A DNA stretch of 63,348 nucleotides, counting the filler, from Octopus bimaculoides (taxonomy: Eukaryota): the NCBI RefSeq assembly GCF_001194135.2. It is 5 parts of 5 records of this genome, joined end to end, with 100 filler letters (N's around TTAATTAATTAA, not from the genome) between each part and the next. Parts side by side here need not be neighbours in the genome. Positions count along the whole stretch, not along the records: positions 27,765 to 54,550 come from NC_068999.1; positions 54,651 to 63,348 come from NC_068986.1; 3 more parts are not named here. The stretch is one strand, 5' to 3'. Within the stretch, counting starts at the first letter, position 1. The number at the start of each line of letters is the position of its first letter. A model generated the notes under the pieces. It was given only the letters and a program-made list of their open reading frames with translations. It had not been told where the DNA came from and did no database searches. Both the position numbers and the translations under genes were made by a program. Positions 49,780 to 62,870 of the stretch are shown piece by piece.

Positions 49780-50485
49780 CAGTGGTTCCCAAAGTGGGCA
49801 GTACTGCCCACCCCTCTGAGGACGGTGGAAAGATCCGACGGGGTGTTGAAGAAAAGTTGGGGTGACAATGGTGTGGCCAAAAGTAGGACGATGGATGTAA
49901 GAACATCAAAATAATTAGTTAATTACACTTTTACTTGTTTCAGTCATTTGACTGTGGCCATGCTGGAGCACCGCCTTTAGTCGAGCAAATCGACCCCAGG
50001 ACTTATTCTTTGTAAGCCTAGTACTTATTCTATCGGTCTCTTTTTGCCGAACCGCTATGTTACGAGGACGTAAACACATCAGCATCGGTTGTGAAGCGAT
50101 GTTGAGGGGACAAACACAGACACACAAACATATGCATACACATAGATACATATATACATATACATATATATATACGACGGGCTTCTTTCAGCTTCCGTCT
50201 ACTAAATCCACTCACAAGTCGGCCCGAGGCTATAGTAGAAGACACTTGCCCAAGCTGCCACGCAGTGGGACTGAACCCAGAGGCATGTGGTAGGTAAGCA
50301 AGCTACTTCCCACACAGCCACTCCTGCACCTATAGCTAATTAGCTTAAAATTATTTGAGAAATACAGTTGTTTTAAAATGCTGCACAAAGTGGTCAATGC
50401 TTGTGATGGTGATTGGGGGGAGGGACTTAGGAATGTGGCCCGGATGTGAAGTGGGTGGCAACACGAAGAAGTTTGTGAACCACTG
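49780..50485. mobile_element. hAT (Charlie-type) MITE with a nested SINE A (49925-50331, minus)
   Basis: TIRs CAGTGGTTCCCAAA and TTTGTGAACCACTG; no matching 8-bp TSD seen. Confidence 0.65.
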
Positions 50486-50667
50486 CTTTATACCAACGTG
50501 TGTTTTAGTGTTCCACAGATATGTGCGCCCTCTTCATAGTTCTTACGCCGTAAAAGGCTATGTCACCATTTGAGGCAGAACATACTGCAACGCCAAATTT
50601 TCTAAATTGCATGTTCAGTTCTAGGTTTTCAACAGAATGCTAGGATTTATAAGAGACTCATAACGCT

Positions 50668-51140
50668 GGATCCTTCTGAATTGGCAGGCGCCACTTTTTA
50701 TTTATGTTTTATTTAGTGTTTTCTACCGAAACACTTCAAAACTTCGTGTACTTGTATATTTCGTCTTATAGAACAGAGAAAAAAAATATATTCGAAGTTA
50801 TTTCATGTTAAAAGTTGTCGTATTTCGGTAATTTCAACCAAGCACTGACGTCTATTGAGGTGAAAACAATTACTGTTCTGGAATGTAAACAACACGTACT
50901 AGCGGTGTAATGGGATCTTTTCCCTTGAATAAAATTAGTGCCGTTGTTTGTCAACAACTGTCGGTGGTATTGTTATTTATGACATCGTTCGTGCGTTTGT
51001 ACTGGTTTTAGCTTTAGGGTTTTAGGGTTAGGGTTCGGGTTTTAGAGTTAGGGTTAGGGTTAGGGTTTGGCAAAAATACTCATAACCTGGAGGCTATGGT
51101 TGAAGAAAATGGCGATTTTATTAAATTGATATACTCTTTA
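50668..51140 (+). mobile_element. AT-rich interspersed element with an internal telomere-like (TTAGGG)n tract (51014-51066)
   Basis: About 8 perfect or degenerate TTAGGG units; 5' part homologous to 26502-26760. Confidence 0.65.
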
Positions 51141-51244
51141 GTATTTCAAGATCTGTTAAAAAGAGATGTCAGTGTTATTTTCATTTTTGAGTAATTTAGA
51201 CGACAATATATTCACCGAACTATGTATATGCATATATATTCTTT

Positions 51245-51610
51245 TCTGTATTCTTTTATTTTTCTGCCGCGATGCTGAAGCACCGCCTTTACTCGAACAA
51301 ATCGACCGCAAGACAAATCTCTTGTAAGCCAAGTACTTATTCTCTGAATTCTTTTGATGAACCGCTAGGTTACCGAGACGTTTACACACCAACACCTGTT
51401 GCCAAGCGATGGTGGGGGAGAACACAGATACACATACATACGTACATATATACATATATAAAAGGCTTCTTTCAGTTTTCGTCTATCAAATCCACTCACA
51501 AGGCCCGAGGCTATAGTAGAAGACCCTTGCCCAAGGCGCCACGCTGCGGGACTGAACCCGGAACTATGTGGTTAGTAAGCAAGCTACTTACCACACAACC
51601 ATTCCTGCTC
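51245..51610 (-). mobile_element. SINE family A
   Basis: Reverse-complement match. Confidence 0.85.
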
Positions 51611-51644
51611 TTATATATATATATACACACGTGTGTGTGAGTAT

Positions 51645-51694
<50 letters not shown>

Positions 51695-52393
51695 GCAGTT
51701 TTATTTAAAGCAGAAGTGGAACATCTTGATGAATGTCGTATCGATATATTTGTTTAAATCACTTTAAAATTTCAAATACATACTTATATATGTTTGTAAG
51801 TGTATGGAGAGAAGATGAGGAGAGCGAGAGAAGGGAATGGGTAAGAAAGAGAGTGGAATTGAGAGAGAGAGAGAAAGAGAGAGAAAGAGAAAAGCGTGAT
51901 GGCGACATCTCAACATTTCAGATTAAACAAACACTCCAGTCATCTCGTCTTATCGTACTTGCCAACATATAACGTGTTTGTTGAATTATCTCGCTTCAAC
52001 GTCATCCTACACCGTGTGTATATGCAGGCGTGTGTGCTTGTATAGGCGTAAGTGTGTGTGAATGCGAGACAGAGAGACAGAGAGAGAAACAGAGAGACAG
52101 AGAGAGAGAGAGAGAGAGATTGTGTTAAGTCTCTTAATGATTCAGTATCAAAAATGACTATCCTGACTAATTACAGTGATAAAATCACAAACAAAATTGG
52201 ATCAAATCCTTTTTAACAATGGCCTCGCTAATTACAGTTTTATTTAACAAAAGCTACAAAACTACTTTACACGAAATAACAACTGCAATACGTTATCTAT
52301 TCGGGTAGATATAAACACACATCTACGCATACAAAGACATACGGTCACATATAAGTACGTATGAATACGCACGTGAATTGCTACGTAACTTTC

Positions 52394-52446
<53 letters not shown>

Positions 52447-52464
52447 CATCTATCTATCTATCTA

Positions 52465-52556
<92 letters not shown>

Positions 52557-52567
52557 CATTTATTTAT

Positions 52568-52636
<69 letters not shown>

Positions 52637-53516
52637 NNNNNNNNNNNNNNNNNNNNNNNNNNNNNNNNNNNNNNNNNNNNNNNNNNNNNNNNNNNNNNNN
52701 NNNNNNNNNNNNNNNNNNNNNNNNNNNNNNNNNNNNNNNNNNNNNNNNNNNNNNNNNNNNNNNNNNNNNNNNNNNNNNNNNNNNNNNNNNNNNNNNNNNN
52801 NNNNNNNNNNNNNNNNNNNNNNNNNNNNNNNNNNNNNNNNNNNNNNNNNNNNNNNNNNNNNNNNNNNNNNNNNNNNNNNNNNNNNNNNNNNNNNNNNNNN
52901 NNNNNNNNNNNNNNNNNNNNNNNNNNNNNNNNNNNNNNNNNNNNNNNNNNNNNNNNNNNNNNNNNNNNNNNNNNNNNNNNNNNNNNNNNNNNNNNNNNNN
53001 NNNNNNNNNNNNNNNNNNNNNNNNNNNNNNNNNNNNNNNNNNNNNNNNNNNNNNNNNNNNNNNNNNNNNNNNNNNNNNNNNNNNNNNNNNNNNNNNNNNN
53101 NNNNNNNNNNNNNNNNNNNNNNNNNNNNNNNNNNNNNNNNNNNNNNNNNNNNNNNNNNNNNNNNNNNNNNNNNNNNNNNNNNNNNNNNNNNNNNNNNNNN
53201 NNNNNNNNNNNNNNNNNNNNNNNNNNNNNNNNNNNNNNNNNNNNNNNNNNNNNNNNNNNNNNNNNNNNNNNNNNNNNNNNNNNNNNNNNNNNNNNNNNNN
53301 NNNNNNNNNNNNNNNNNNNNNNNNNNNNNNNNNNNNNNNNNNNNNNNNNNNNNNNNNNNNNNNNNNNNNNNNNNNNNNNNNNNNNNNNNNNNNNNNNNNN
53401 NNNNNNNNNNNNNNNNNNNNNNNNNNNNNNNNNNNNNNNNNNNNNNNNNNNNNNNNNNNNNNNNNNNNNNNNNNNNNNNNNNNNNNNNNNNNNNNNNNNN
53501 NNNNNNNNNNNNNNNN

Positions 53517-53553
<37 letters not shown>

Positions 53554-53738
53554 AAGGACCATAAAAAGAAAAATAGTAAAGTCATAAAACAGAATTTAAA
53601 CTGGGTGAACCCAATTGAAATATCGTGAGAAATAATAGTTTATCGCGACAACTATGAATCTCAAACATCATGACTAATGTCATTTCTGGCATGCAACACG
53701 ATTCTATGACTAAACGACTAAAATGCAATTTTACATAC

Positions 53739-53780
<42 letters not shown>

Positions 53781-53861
53781 GACTATGTGAGAGAGAGAGG
53801 GGTGGGTCAGGGACGTAGAAATATTCGGGTTGGTGACTGAGGGCGCAGTAACGGCACTTAC

Positions 53862-53896
53862 AGTGAAGGACCCCTGGTCTTTGATGAGGAATCCTT
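53862..53896 (-). other. Candidate 35-nt exon (unverified)
   Basis: Minus strand TTAGCATTCTCCTAG/AAGGATTCCTCATCAAAGACCAGGGGTCCTTCACT/GTAAGT; all three frames open (one reads GFLIKDQGSFT). Confidence 0.3.
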
Positions 53897-54261
53897 CTAG
53901 GAGAATGCTAACTTATATATGAAACCCACTGATCTACTACTGCACCGGATGTCTTGCACTCAGCACTGTTTATGGGCTTTTTGGTATCGCTGGTGACTCG
54001 TTGTCGTGTGCTTCCAAGTCGCACTCGTTTGCAAACCGTTGCGCTGGCATTGGTGTCACTTCCAGTCAGCAATGGTGATGGTCGACTAACGACTATATAG
54101 GCATCATATATATATATATATATACATACATGCATAAAAACGCAGATAGACAGACAGGCAGACACATATATTTCTAAATATATACACACATATACATACA
54201 TGCATACACACACATATATATATATACTTATATATATATGTATATGTATGTGTATATATAT

Positions 54262-54305
<44 letters not shown>

Positions 54306-54497
54306 TATATATATATTATATGTATATATGTATATATATATATTATATGTATATATATCTAAGTATTTATGTATATATACATATATATATATATGATCGA
54401 TATGCGTATGTATGTGTTTGTGTGCGTGTGCGTGAGTGTGTGTGTGTGTCTGCATGTGTCTGTGTGTGTATGCGTGTGTGCGTGACCGTAGTATATG

Positions 54498-54550
<53 letters not shown>

Positions 54551-54650
54551 NNNNNNNNNNNNNNNNNNNNNNNNNNNNNNNNNNNNNNNNNNNNTTAATT
54601 AATTAANNNNNNNNNNNNNNNNNNNNNNNNNNNNNNNNNNNNNNNNNNNN
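54551..54650. other. Artificial scaffold linker 44N-TTAATTAATTAA-44N
   Basis: Seen directly. Confidence 0.95.
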
Positions 54651-54789
54651 CAGGTATGTGCATACCGACATCCACCTGTATGTATAGGTGCATATCTGGG
54701 TACAGGACATTGCAAACAAAACGTAGACGAGAAAACACACAAGCCACATAGAGAACATTCTACTTCATCAGCTACCCCTGTTTTAACAC

Positions 54790-55200
54790 CGGCGTAAGCT
54801 ACGACGATGCCGGGATGGGCGAGCGCGAGAAGATTGCGGGCACCACCGCCGCGACACCCGGAGTTGAAGCCACGGTTGTTGTTCCGGCCCGGTCTAGCGG
54901 GACGAACACACGGTACCGCTCTCTTTCGGTGACGTCGCGTCGCCTGTGGCGGATGGGGAAGCGACAACTAGCCCGTCCGCCGCGCCGGCGGCGACGCGAC
55001 ACGAGGTCAGCGGCGTAACCTGACCGGGTCCTCGAAGACGACGTCGACGAGGCCGCGGGTCGGCGGGGAGGAGACGAAAAATAAACGTGCGCAAACGGAG
55101 ACGAGAACCCGGCGGCGGCGGGAGACCGGAACGCGAGCACGAACAGACAGGCGGCTGCTGCTGCAGCTGCCGGCGAGCGGATCTGACACGGCGCGAGGCA
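54790..55200. other. GC/CpG-rich island of unknown nature
   Basis: Visibly GC- and CpG-dense non-repetitive stretch in an AT-rich background; no recognisable ORF. Confidence 0.7.
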
Positions 55201-55261
55201 TATATATATATATGAATGTATATATATATATGCATATATGTTGGGGGGGGGCGTGTGTGTA

Positions 55262-55294
<33 letters not shown>

Positions 55295-55336
55295 GCATGT
55301 CTTTGTTTATACAGATAATATTACATTATATATAAA

Positions 55337-55540
55337 GGTGGTGAGCTGTCAGAATCGTGAGCACACCGGTTAAAATGCTTAGCGGCATTTCGTCCATGTT
55401 TACATTCTGAATCTCACCGAGGACAACTTTGCCTTTCATCTTTTCGTGATGAAAGTACTAGTTGAGCACTGGGATCTATGCGATCAACTTAACCCACCTC
55501 CGAAATTACTGGCCTTGTGCCAATATTTGAAACCAGTTAT
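55337..55540 (+). mobile_element. SINE family B, old degraded copy
   Basis: GGTGGTGAGCTGTCAGAATCG..AAATGCTTAGCGGCATTTCGTC..CTTTGCCTTTCATC. Confidence 0.75.
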
Positions 55541-57310
55541 TTAATGTGTATTGAGTCTCCTGTCAGCCATAAGTCTTTTTATTTTAATAGCTTCTTTTCT
55601 CCAACTGCTGCTCTTCGGAACTCATTCCCATCGTCTTGTTTTCCTCTGTTCTTTGCTATTCAGCCGTTTAAGCATTCTGTGAATCAGTATTTTTTTTAAT
55701 TAGTAGGTCCCCTCTTTCTCTTCTTTGTAGTCCCTTCCACTACAGCGGCATCAAGTCTTGTTTGAAACAAAACGTCTAAAGCAAAAGAAAAAAGAAAAAG
55801 AAAAGATGAAAGAAATATCATATACTTATACATCATCACAAAACATTCCTCTCTAAATGAACTTATCAATCGTCAAACTGAAACGAAACTTGCGTCTTAT
55901 CTTTGAAACGCTAGTGATTGGTTTACAACATTTTCACCGGAATGAGGGAAAAGTTTGTAGCTCTACAACTTGAGTAGCACAACTAAACGAAATTTTGGGA
56001 GACAACGATTTATTAGCAATTTTTCGCCATACATGTGTGTCTTTAGCTGATACACACACACACACGCGCACACACACACACACACACACAGACACACACA
56101 CACACACACATATACACATGCATACGTGTGTATCATTAAAATTCCGTAATCTTGCTCAAACAATAGTTTTTACAAAAACAATACGATTAAAAATACTCGA
56201 CCAGTTGACCAAAAGCATACCAAATATACTTGATAAAATTAAGTCTTTAAGTAGATTAAAAACTAAATTTAAAGTAAAGAAACCAATAAAAAATACGCAA
56301 AACTCATAAAAAAAGATAACAGTAGTAAAATATTTCTACCCAACAAAGAATATAACCAGCGAAGCGGTAGAAAAATAACAACCAATCAGCAAACAGAAGA
56401 CGTGAACCGGTGAGCAGACATACACCTGAGGTACTCGCACCAACGAATACAAATATACCACTAAAACCGGTTGAAAAGGTTCTCGGCTGAAGGTTACGGT
56501 GCCATGAAACTGGAGTTGCGAGTTATGCATTTACTTTCAATAAACTATACATACATACACGAACGCATGTATGCATACATATATACTACAGGCAACCTAG
56601 TTTCCTCCACCAAACTTCATGCACTAGGCAATACAAAGCTATGGGAAAGAAAAATTGGCCAAAGTGCCGCGAAGGTAGAACGAACGAGAAACCACCGCTT
56701 TTGTGAAACGAACTATTTTATAACACGCACGACTATGCCTTGTCCCATATAATACATGCTTCGTGAGTGTGTTTAAGTTTGTGGAAATTGTTGCTGTTGT
56801 ATGCCAATCTTCTATATCACATCCAAGTTACTCTTCATCTAATTGGCAAAGATTCCCACACAAATATAACTCAATGATTGTAAATTAATATAAATGCACG
56901 TTCCAACTAGTAGGACATAGAGTTGCCCATAGGTCGTTGCAAATTTGCCTCGGGATGCATATTTTCGATGGGGTCAAATGTCATGCGACTTTTACTGCTA
57001 TTCTCTCTAAACAGAAATCGCATGAATGCTGCATTTGTGAGTGAGCCAAAATTCCAGGATCAAGTGGATACTGTCATCATGTTTTAAAGCAATTATCCAA
57101 AATTTTATGAATTTATGAGTATTTTTGATATTAATAAACCTGGACGAGACCTGCACACTCCTAGCAGTAAATGTGTGTGTAAATGTATGGATATGAATTT
57201 ACATATATACATATATGTGTATACATATACATATAAGTGTATTTATATATGTATATACATATATATATACATACACACATACATACATATATATACATAT
57301 ATATATATAT

Positions 57311-57345
<35 letters not shown>

Positions 57346-58525
57346 GAGGCACAGAGACAAATAGATAGATAGATACATACATACATGCATACATGCATAC
57401 ATACATACATTCATACCTGAGTGTATATATATTTCTGTATTTTCCTCATTCTTTTCTGTCCCACTCTTGGTCTGTTGCTCTTTGTATATGTGTATGTGTG
57501 CGTGTGTTTCATGTATATGTGTATGTGTGCGTGTGTTTCATGTATATGTGTATGTGTTTGTGCTGATATATAATACACACACATACACATATGCACACGC
57601 ACGCACACACACACACACACACACAAACGCGCACGCGCGTATGATAATATAGAAGGTATATATATTATATATTTACGTATGAGTTGCGTACTTGTATGAA
57701 TTTGCTTGGGTTTGCTTGCGCACTTGTATGTCTTTTATACATGCGATGTGTGGGTTTGATGTGACTTGATATTGAAGTGATGTTATATGAGATGAGAATG
57801 TTCTTGTACACCAAAGACGAAGAACTCACGCTACCAACAATTTTGCTGAACTTGACTGCTATATTTATTTCCTTAGAATATCTTTTTCAACGGCAGTAGA
57901 AAACCGGTGCTCGTTGATGCGGTCCAACTTTATGTAGCGCATCGAAGAGCAACAATTCCTGCCACCAACCCAAAGACATACATTCCGTCCAAATTCTGAA
58001 TTCGCTGGCAAAACAAACAAACAAAAAAATCACAAAAAATTCAAATAAAGCCGCCATTTTAGTTTTATTCGTTTTTGTTTGTGTGTATGTTTTTTTTTGT
58101 CAAGGATTGTGCTAAACAGAGAGAATAAAAAAACGGAAAGAAGAGACGGAAGAGATAACTGATGATTATAGTAATAAAGCCCATGTGTACGATACATACC
58201 TACCTAGAAACAACAGAAATACAACGAAACACATTCGCACAGACACACACACATATATGTACACAGGCAAATAGAGAAATACACACGTAAGCAAACAAGC
58301 AGGTACACTCACCCTCAAACAATACGCATACAGGGGAAAAAGTAAAACATAAACAAAAATGAAAAGCCACAATACAATCAACAAATTCTTAAACAAACAT
58401 ATATTCTCTGTAGAGATATATAACATAACCTTAGTGATATACTAGGAACCAAGTAAAAAAAATAATAAATAAATATTATTTGCAGAAGAATAAATACCAA
58501 TATATATATATATACATACATGTGA

Positions 58526-58575
<50 letters not shown>

Positions 58576-58741
58576 ATAACAAGTAAAAAAGAAAACAACG
58601 ACAAAATATAAAATTATAAGTAAAGGAAAATAAAGAGAAGAAAAGAATTTTCGATAGTAATATTAACGCTGAACGGATGCTCACAAGGTCAGCTACATTA
58701 ACAACAGCTACAATTTCATTTGTATGGAAGCNNNNNNNNNN

Positions 58742-58776
<35 letters not shown>

Positions 58777-60597
58777 ACATACGAGCGGGCAAACACACAC
58801 ATGGACGGACACGCACACGCAGATACGCGCACACATGCAGAAACACACGCAGAGACACGCGCACAGATACACGCATGTATATAGACACTGTTCCTGCGCC
58901 TCTGTTTGTGTGTGTGTATGTGTGAGTGTGTGCGATTCAGATATATATATATATATATATATATATAAACAAATAATAAATGAGTATATGCATATATACG
59001 TACAGGTATGTGCATACCGACATCCACCTGTATGTATAGGTGCATATATACATATAAATGTAGATATATACATCTATACATATCTACATATCTATCTATC
59101 TGTCTTTCTATATATATATAGTTGGTGGTTATTATCTTCTTACAACACGACCAGATGTACCGACTCTTTGAGTAGACGTGTGTTGTCCCATCTGGCCATG
59201 TGCTAGTCAGTTTTTCATATTGCAGATTAGTAAGTTACCAGTTCGGAATCCAATATCTCCCTCCTAATGCACACACACGCACACACGCACACATGCGCGC
59301 GCACACACACGCGGGTATATATATGAAAACAGAAATAGGTACACTATATAAGACTTAGAATAAGACATTATCCTACAGAGAAGATAATCTGCTGTGAGAC
59401 CACCACTTCTGCCACATAGTCAAATTCAGAAAGCTTAGAAAGACAAATCAAATCACTTTATTCAAAAATTATAATAAATAGTTGGATGATTTTCATGTAT
59501 TTAAAATAACAGGGGATCTACAAGAGCTGCTGCTTATACAAGTTAAATGGTGAATTTAATAGGGTCGATTACCCAACAATAGCTTCACAGTTCCATCTAC
59601 GTCTCACTAGCAAAACCTTAGTATGACCAGGAAATAATATAGAATGGTAGAATCGAATCCAGAACCATGTGTTTGTAAAAAGAACATGGCCAAAAATTCC
59701 GAAGTCCCATGCATATTAGGCTTGTTATTCATGCATATTATGATCGAAGGAAAAATTCTGTTTCATGCACAAAAATCATTGCATTATAGGGATACATGTC
59801 AATCATAAATATTTGCTATTTACATCACCATGAAAAAGAAAACAGGTATCCAAATAGAGCGGTGGTGTTATTTAAACAATATTTTATGTATTTAAAGAAA
59901 TCAATATTTGTTTAGAAAATTATATTAGTGTCCTCAAATACAATATAACCATTTATAATGCAAATTAAGTAACACCTTCTGATTTCCATGTTAACATTGC
60001 CATATGCTGAAAAATTCAAGAAAATCAGAATTTAAGGCAGAAGAGAGAGTGTTTGGATATGAGGTGAGTGGTAAAATTTTCGTTGCACTTAAATGGGCAC
60101 GCAATCAATGCAATCAGAACGTCATGTTGAAGATTTCATAATGCAGTGAACGATCGACGAGTAATTCAGGTAATTTTACTTGTAGTAATTAAATGGATAT
60201 TTTCTTGTATTATTGATTTCAGTGATTATGTTCTTGGCGTGTAAGGGAAAAGCTGACCTCAGTATGTTTACTGCTACTTATTTTATCAGCTTCTACAGAA
60301 AGAAAGTCAAATTTACCAACAGAAATGATAACGCAAGGTACTTTAGATCAACACTCCACCGTCACTATCCTCAGCCAGTCTTACCACATGCTGCGTCACC
60401 TTAATTCGTCCTGGGAGTTACAGTTATCTGATCGTTCGTACGTCTCTGTGTGCATGTGTATGCACATATATATGTGTGCGCGCGCGCGCGCGCGTGTGTG
60501 TACATACAGGGTGCGGGTTATATATGAGGACAACCTGTTAAAAGGTATTTTTTTATTTCTTTCAGATGAGATCTGTGTAGAACAGCCTCTTAGAAAC

Positions 60598-60669
60598 TGT
60601 CCTGTGGTCTAGTGGTTAAGATTAGTGGTTTTCGTCCACGAAGCCTGGGATCGATTCCCGGCATGGGAA
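60598..60669 (+). pseudogene. tRNA-Glu(TTC) pseudogene
   Basis: 72 nt resembling metazoan tRNA-Glu; D-arm TGGTCTAGTGGTTAAGA; anticodon arm GTGG-TTTTCGT-CCAC; T-arm CTGGG-ATCGATT-CCCGG; 3' CATGGGAA; two acceptor-stem mismatches and T54A. Confidence 0.75.
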
Positions 60670-60687
60670 CGCTATATTTGTTTTAAG

Positions 60688-60835
60688 CGCAGGTGTAGCT
60701 GCGTGGGAAGAAGCTCGCATACCCTCACATGGTTCCAGGTTCAGTCTCATTATATGAGACTTTATATCTTCCCTGGCCTACCAACGCCTTGTGAAAGGAT
60801 TTGGTTGAAGGAAACTGAAAGAAGCGTATCGGTTG
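60688..60835 (+). mobile_element. SINE family A, 5' half, degraded
   Basis: Match to the family A head. Confidence 0.7.
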
Positions 60836-60905
60836 TATGTATGAATGAATGCATGCATGCATATATACAGATACGGAGAAAATCTGTCTCTCATATATAT
60901 ATATA

Positions 60906-60935
60906 CAGGGGTTGGACAAAATAATGAAAGCACAT
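60906..60935 (+). mobile_element. Isolated Tc1-like TIR fragment
   Basis: TA then CAGGGGTTGGACAAAATAATG; no partner TIR seen. Confidence 0.4.
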
Positions 60936-60964
60936 AGCATCATAGCATCATACTTTTGAAACAT

Positions 60965-62870
60965 TTATACACATGTTTGGTAACTCTGAGATCTTCGTAT
61001 ATCTTGTAAGGCCGTTGATAGCGATACTATTATGTCCAAAAAGGCCGAAGGAGAAGACGCAGTCTATCATCCAGAAACTGGATGGCAAAATAATGGTCCT
61101 GGGCGTAAACAGCAGCAAGGACAGTGCCTTTACTCTAGTCACCGTATATGATCCAACTGGAACAAGGTGATCGGATTTCTTCAGACATATGAAGGTTTAC
61201 CTGGGAACATTTCGCTCTTTAGAGCTGGTGGGTAATTGGAACGTCACATTGGAAGAACGTCTGGAATATGTGGGGCTAGCTGATGGAAGAGGAGGTGTAA
61301 AAGGCTCACAAATTAACTCATTTGTTTCCAACTGGCTGGCAGATACCGACGGGATTTCTCAAATGCACCATTGTAAATTTGGGCAAATGCATCGTGTCAT
61401 CCAGATCGCATATAGACGAGTATTCTGTAGACCAGTAGATAGGGATAGCACAGATTTTCAACAATTCATATTGGTCGGTTAGACAGAATAAAATTTGTGA
61501 TCTCTTCGGTCAACCTAGACAGATTACATATACAGGGATTGCAAACTGAAAGCATCTTTCCCAGAACGCAAAGAATAAAGAGACTGGAATAGAGAACTAG
61601 TTAAAATGGAGTTGATAGGTGCTACCGCCAACGATCGACTGTGCTTATCCCTGTAAAAAACTATTATATCAGAGACGATAAGGTTTAGTATTCTTCAGTA
61701 GGAGAGCTATTTTGTAACCTAGAAAAAGTACTTAGAAAGGTATAGAAACTGATGTGTGCGCAGTGAGATTACGTCTTAACCGCTTCTTTAAAGCTAAACA
61801 CGAACGATGCCTTGTTAGAGCTAGGGAGCGTGCTCTAACGCATGAATGAGCGAAAGCCGTTCGATGGGCCCGAGTAGCAGAGACACAACATAGACACAAC
61901 AAGCCACAAATCGGTCTATGGAGTGAGTGGGGCGTGTGCTGCCCGATTCCAAGCAGATGTGAGCGGCATTTTAGTGGTACTTCACACAACTGCTTGAGTC
62001 GGACGGTGGACCGGAGACAATGTTGGACTGTACCACCCACCTCGAAGGCCTGTAGCACCTCTCGAATAGCAATGCAGAATTCCGCGAAAGGTCGATAACC
62101 ACGTTCGAAATAGGGGGAGCAAAAGCTGGCTGCACGATAGAGAAGTCGTCGGTACTTGTTAGTCTGTCGTACAGGCTTTATTTTCATGTCAGACTTGTTC
62201 GATGGTCAGAGGTTTCCTACAACAGTCATACGAAAATAAGTATGGTGTTGCTGCTGCTGCTAAGAAAGAATCGACACGAAAAATGATCCTTTTAATATAA
62301 ATTCAGGCCCGAAAGTCTGCTAAATGTGGAGTTTAAGAGTTTGACCGGCGTTTTACCTGGGTAGTTTGCGCTTGTTGATACTCGTGTAGGAAAGGCATGT
62401 ATTCGACATCCAAAAAAGATCTGATACGACAACCTCCACCTCACGTGTAAATTACAGAGCAGAGGTGAGAAGAATAGCATGGGTAGTGTTCTCATCAATT
62501 TAGATTAGAAAAAACCTTTTAGCATTATGCCAAAATTTGGATCTAAATGTACTCAAGGCACTGGTTTCGGTCCGTTTCCAGAAGATGAATCGCTGCAATG
62601 TACTGCAACGTTTGTGCATTGGTCAGAGTAAATGGCCAACAAGTCGGAACCATTGAGTGTCATATGTCCGGTAAGTCGAGGGTGCCTCCTCCTATCTCCT
62701 CTTTGGTTATTTCGAGGGCCATCTCGAAAGAAAAAGGATACGGAAGATCAACGTTTACACATGCGGATGACGTTACATCACTACTGTAATTGAGTAGTAA
62801 CGTTTGCAAAAAATAACCAGGAGAAATCGATGGTCTGTAACACGGCACTTGGAGACAGGTTCGTGATATC
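60965..62870 (+). mobile_element. L1/Tx1-clade LINE ORF2 relic (APE endonuclease, linker, N-terminal RT), heavily degenerate
   Basis: DGKIMVLGV..AFTLVTVYDPTG..SDFFRHMKVYLGTFRSLELVGNWN; AVRLRLNRFFKAKHERCLVRARERAL..AVRWARVAE; NFRPESLLNVEFK; DNLHL..SVLINLD; ALVRVNG..THADDVT. Confidence 0.8.

Noticed and set aside
53518-53550. Poly(A) run as a retrocopy tail
   Set aside because: Directly follows a gap, so the upstream element and TSD cannot be seen
60000-60612. Three plus-strand exon-like segments (donor GAG/GTGAGT at about 60063, a 48-nt segment at about 60289, acceptor at about 60565)
   Set aside because: Phases do not join into a continuing frame, no recognisable peptide, and the last runs into the tRNA pseudogene
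61732-62187. 151-aa minus-strand ORF
   Set aside because: Antisense to the Tx1 ORF2 relic; the plus strand explains the sequence
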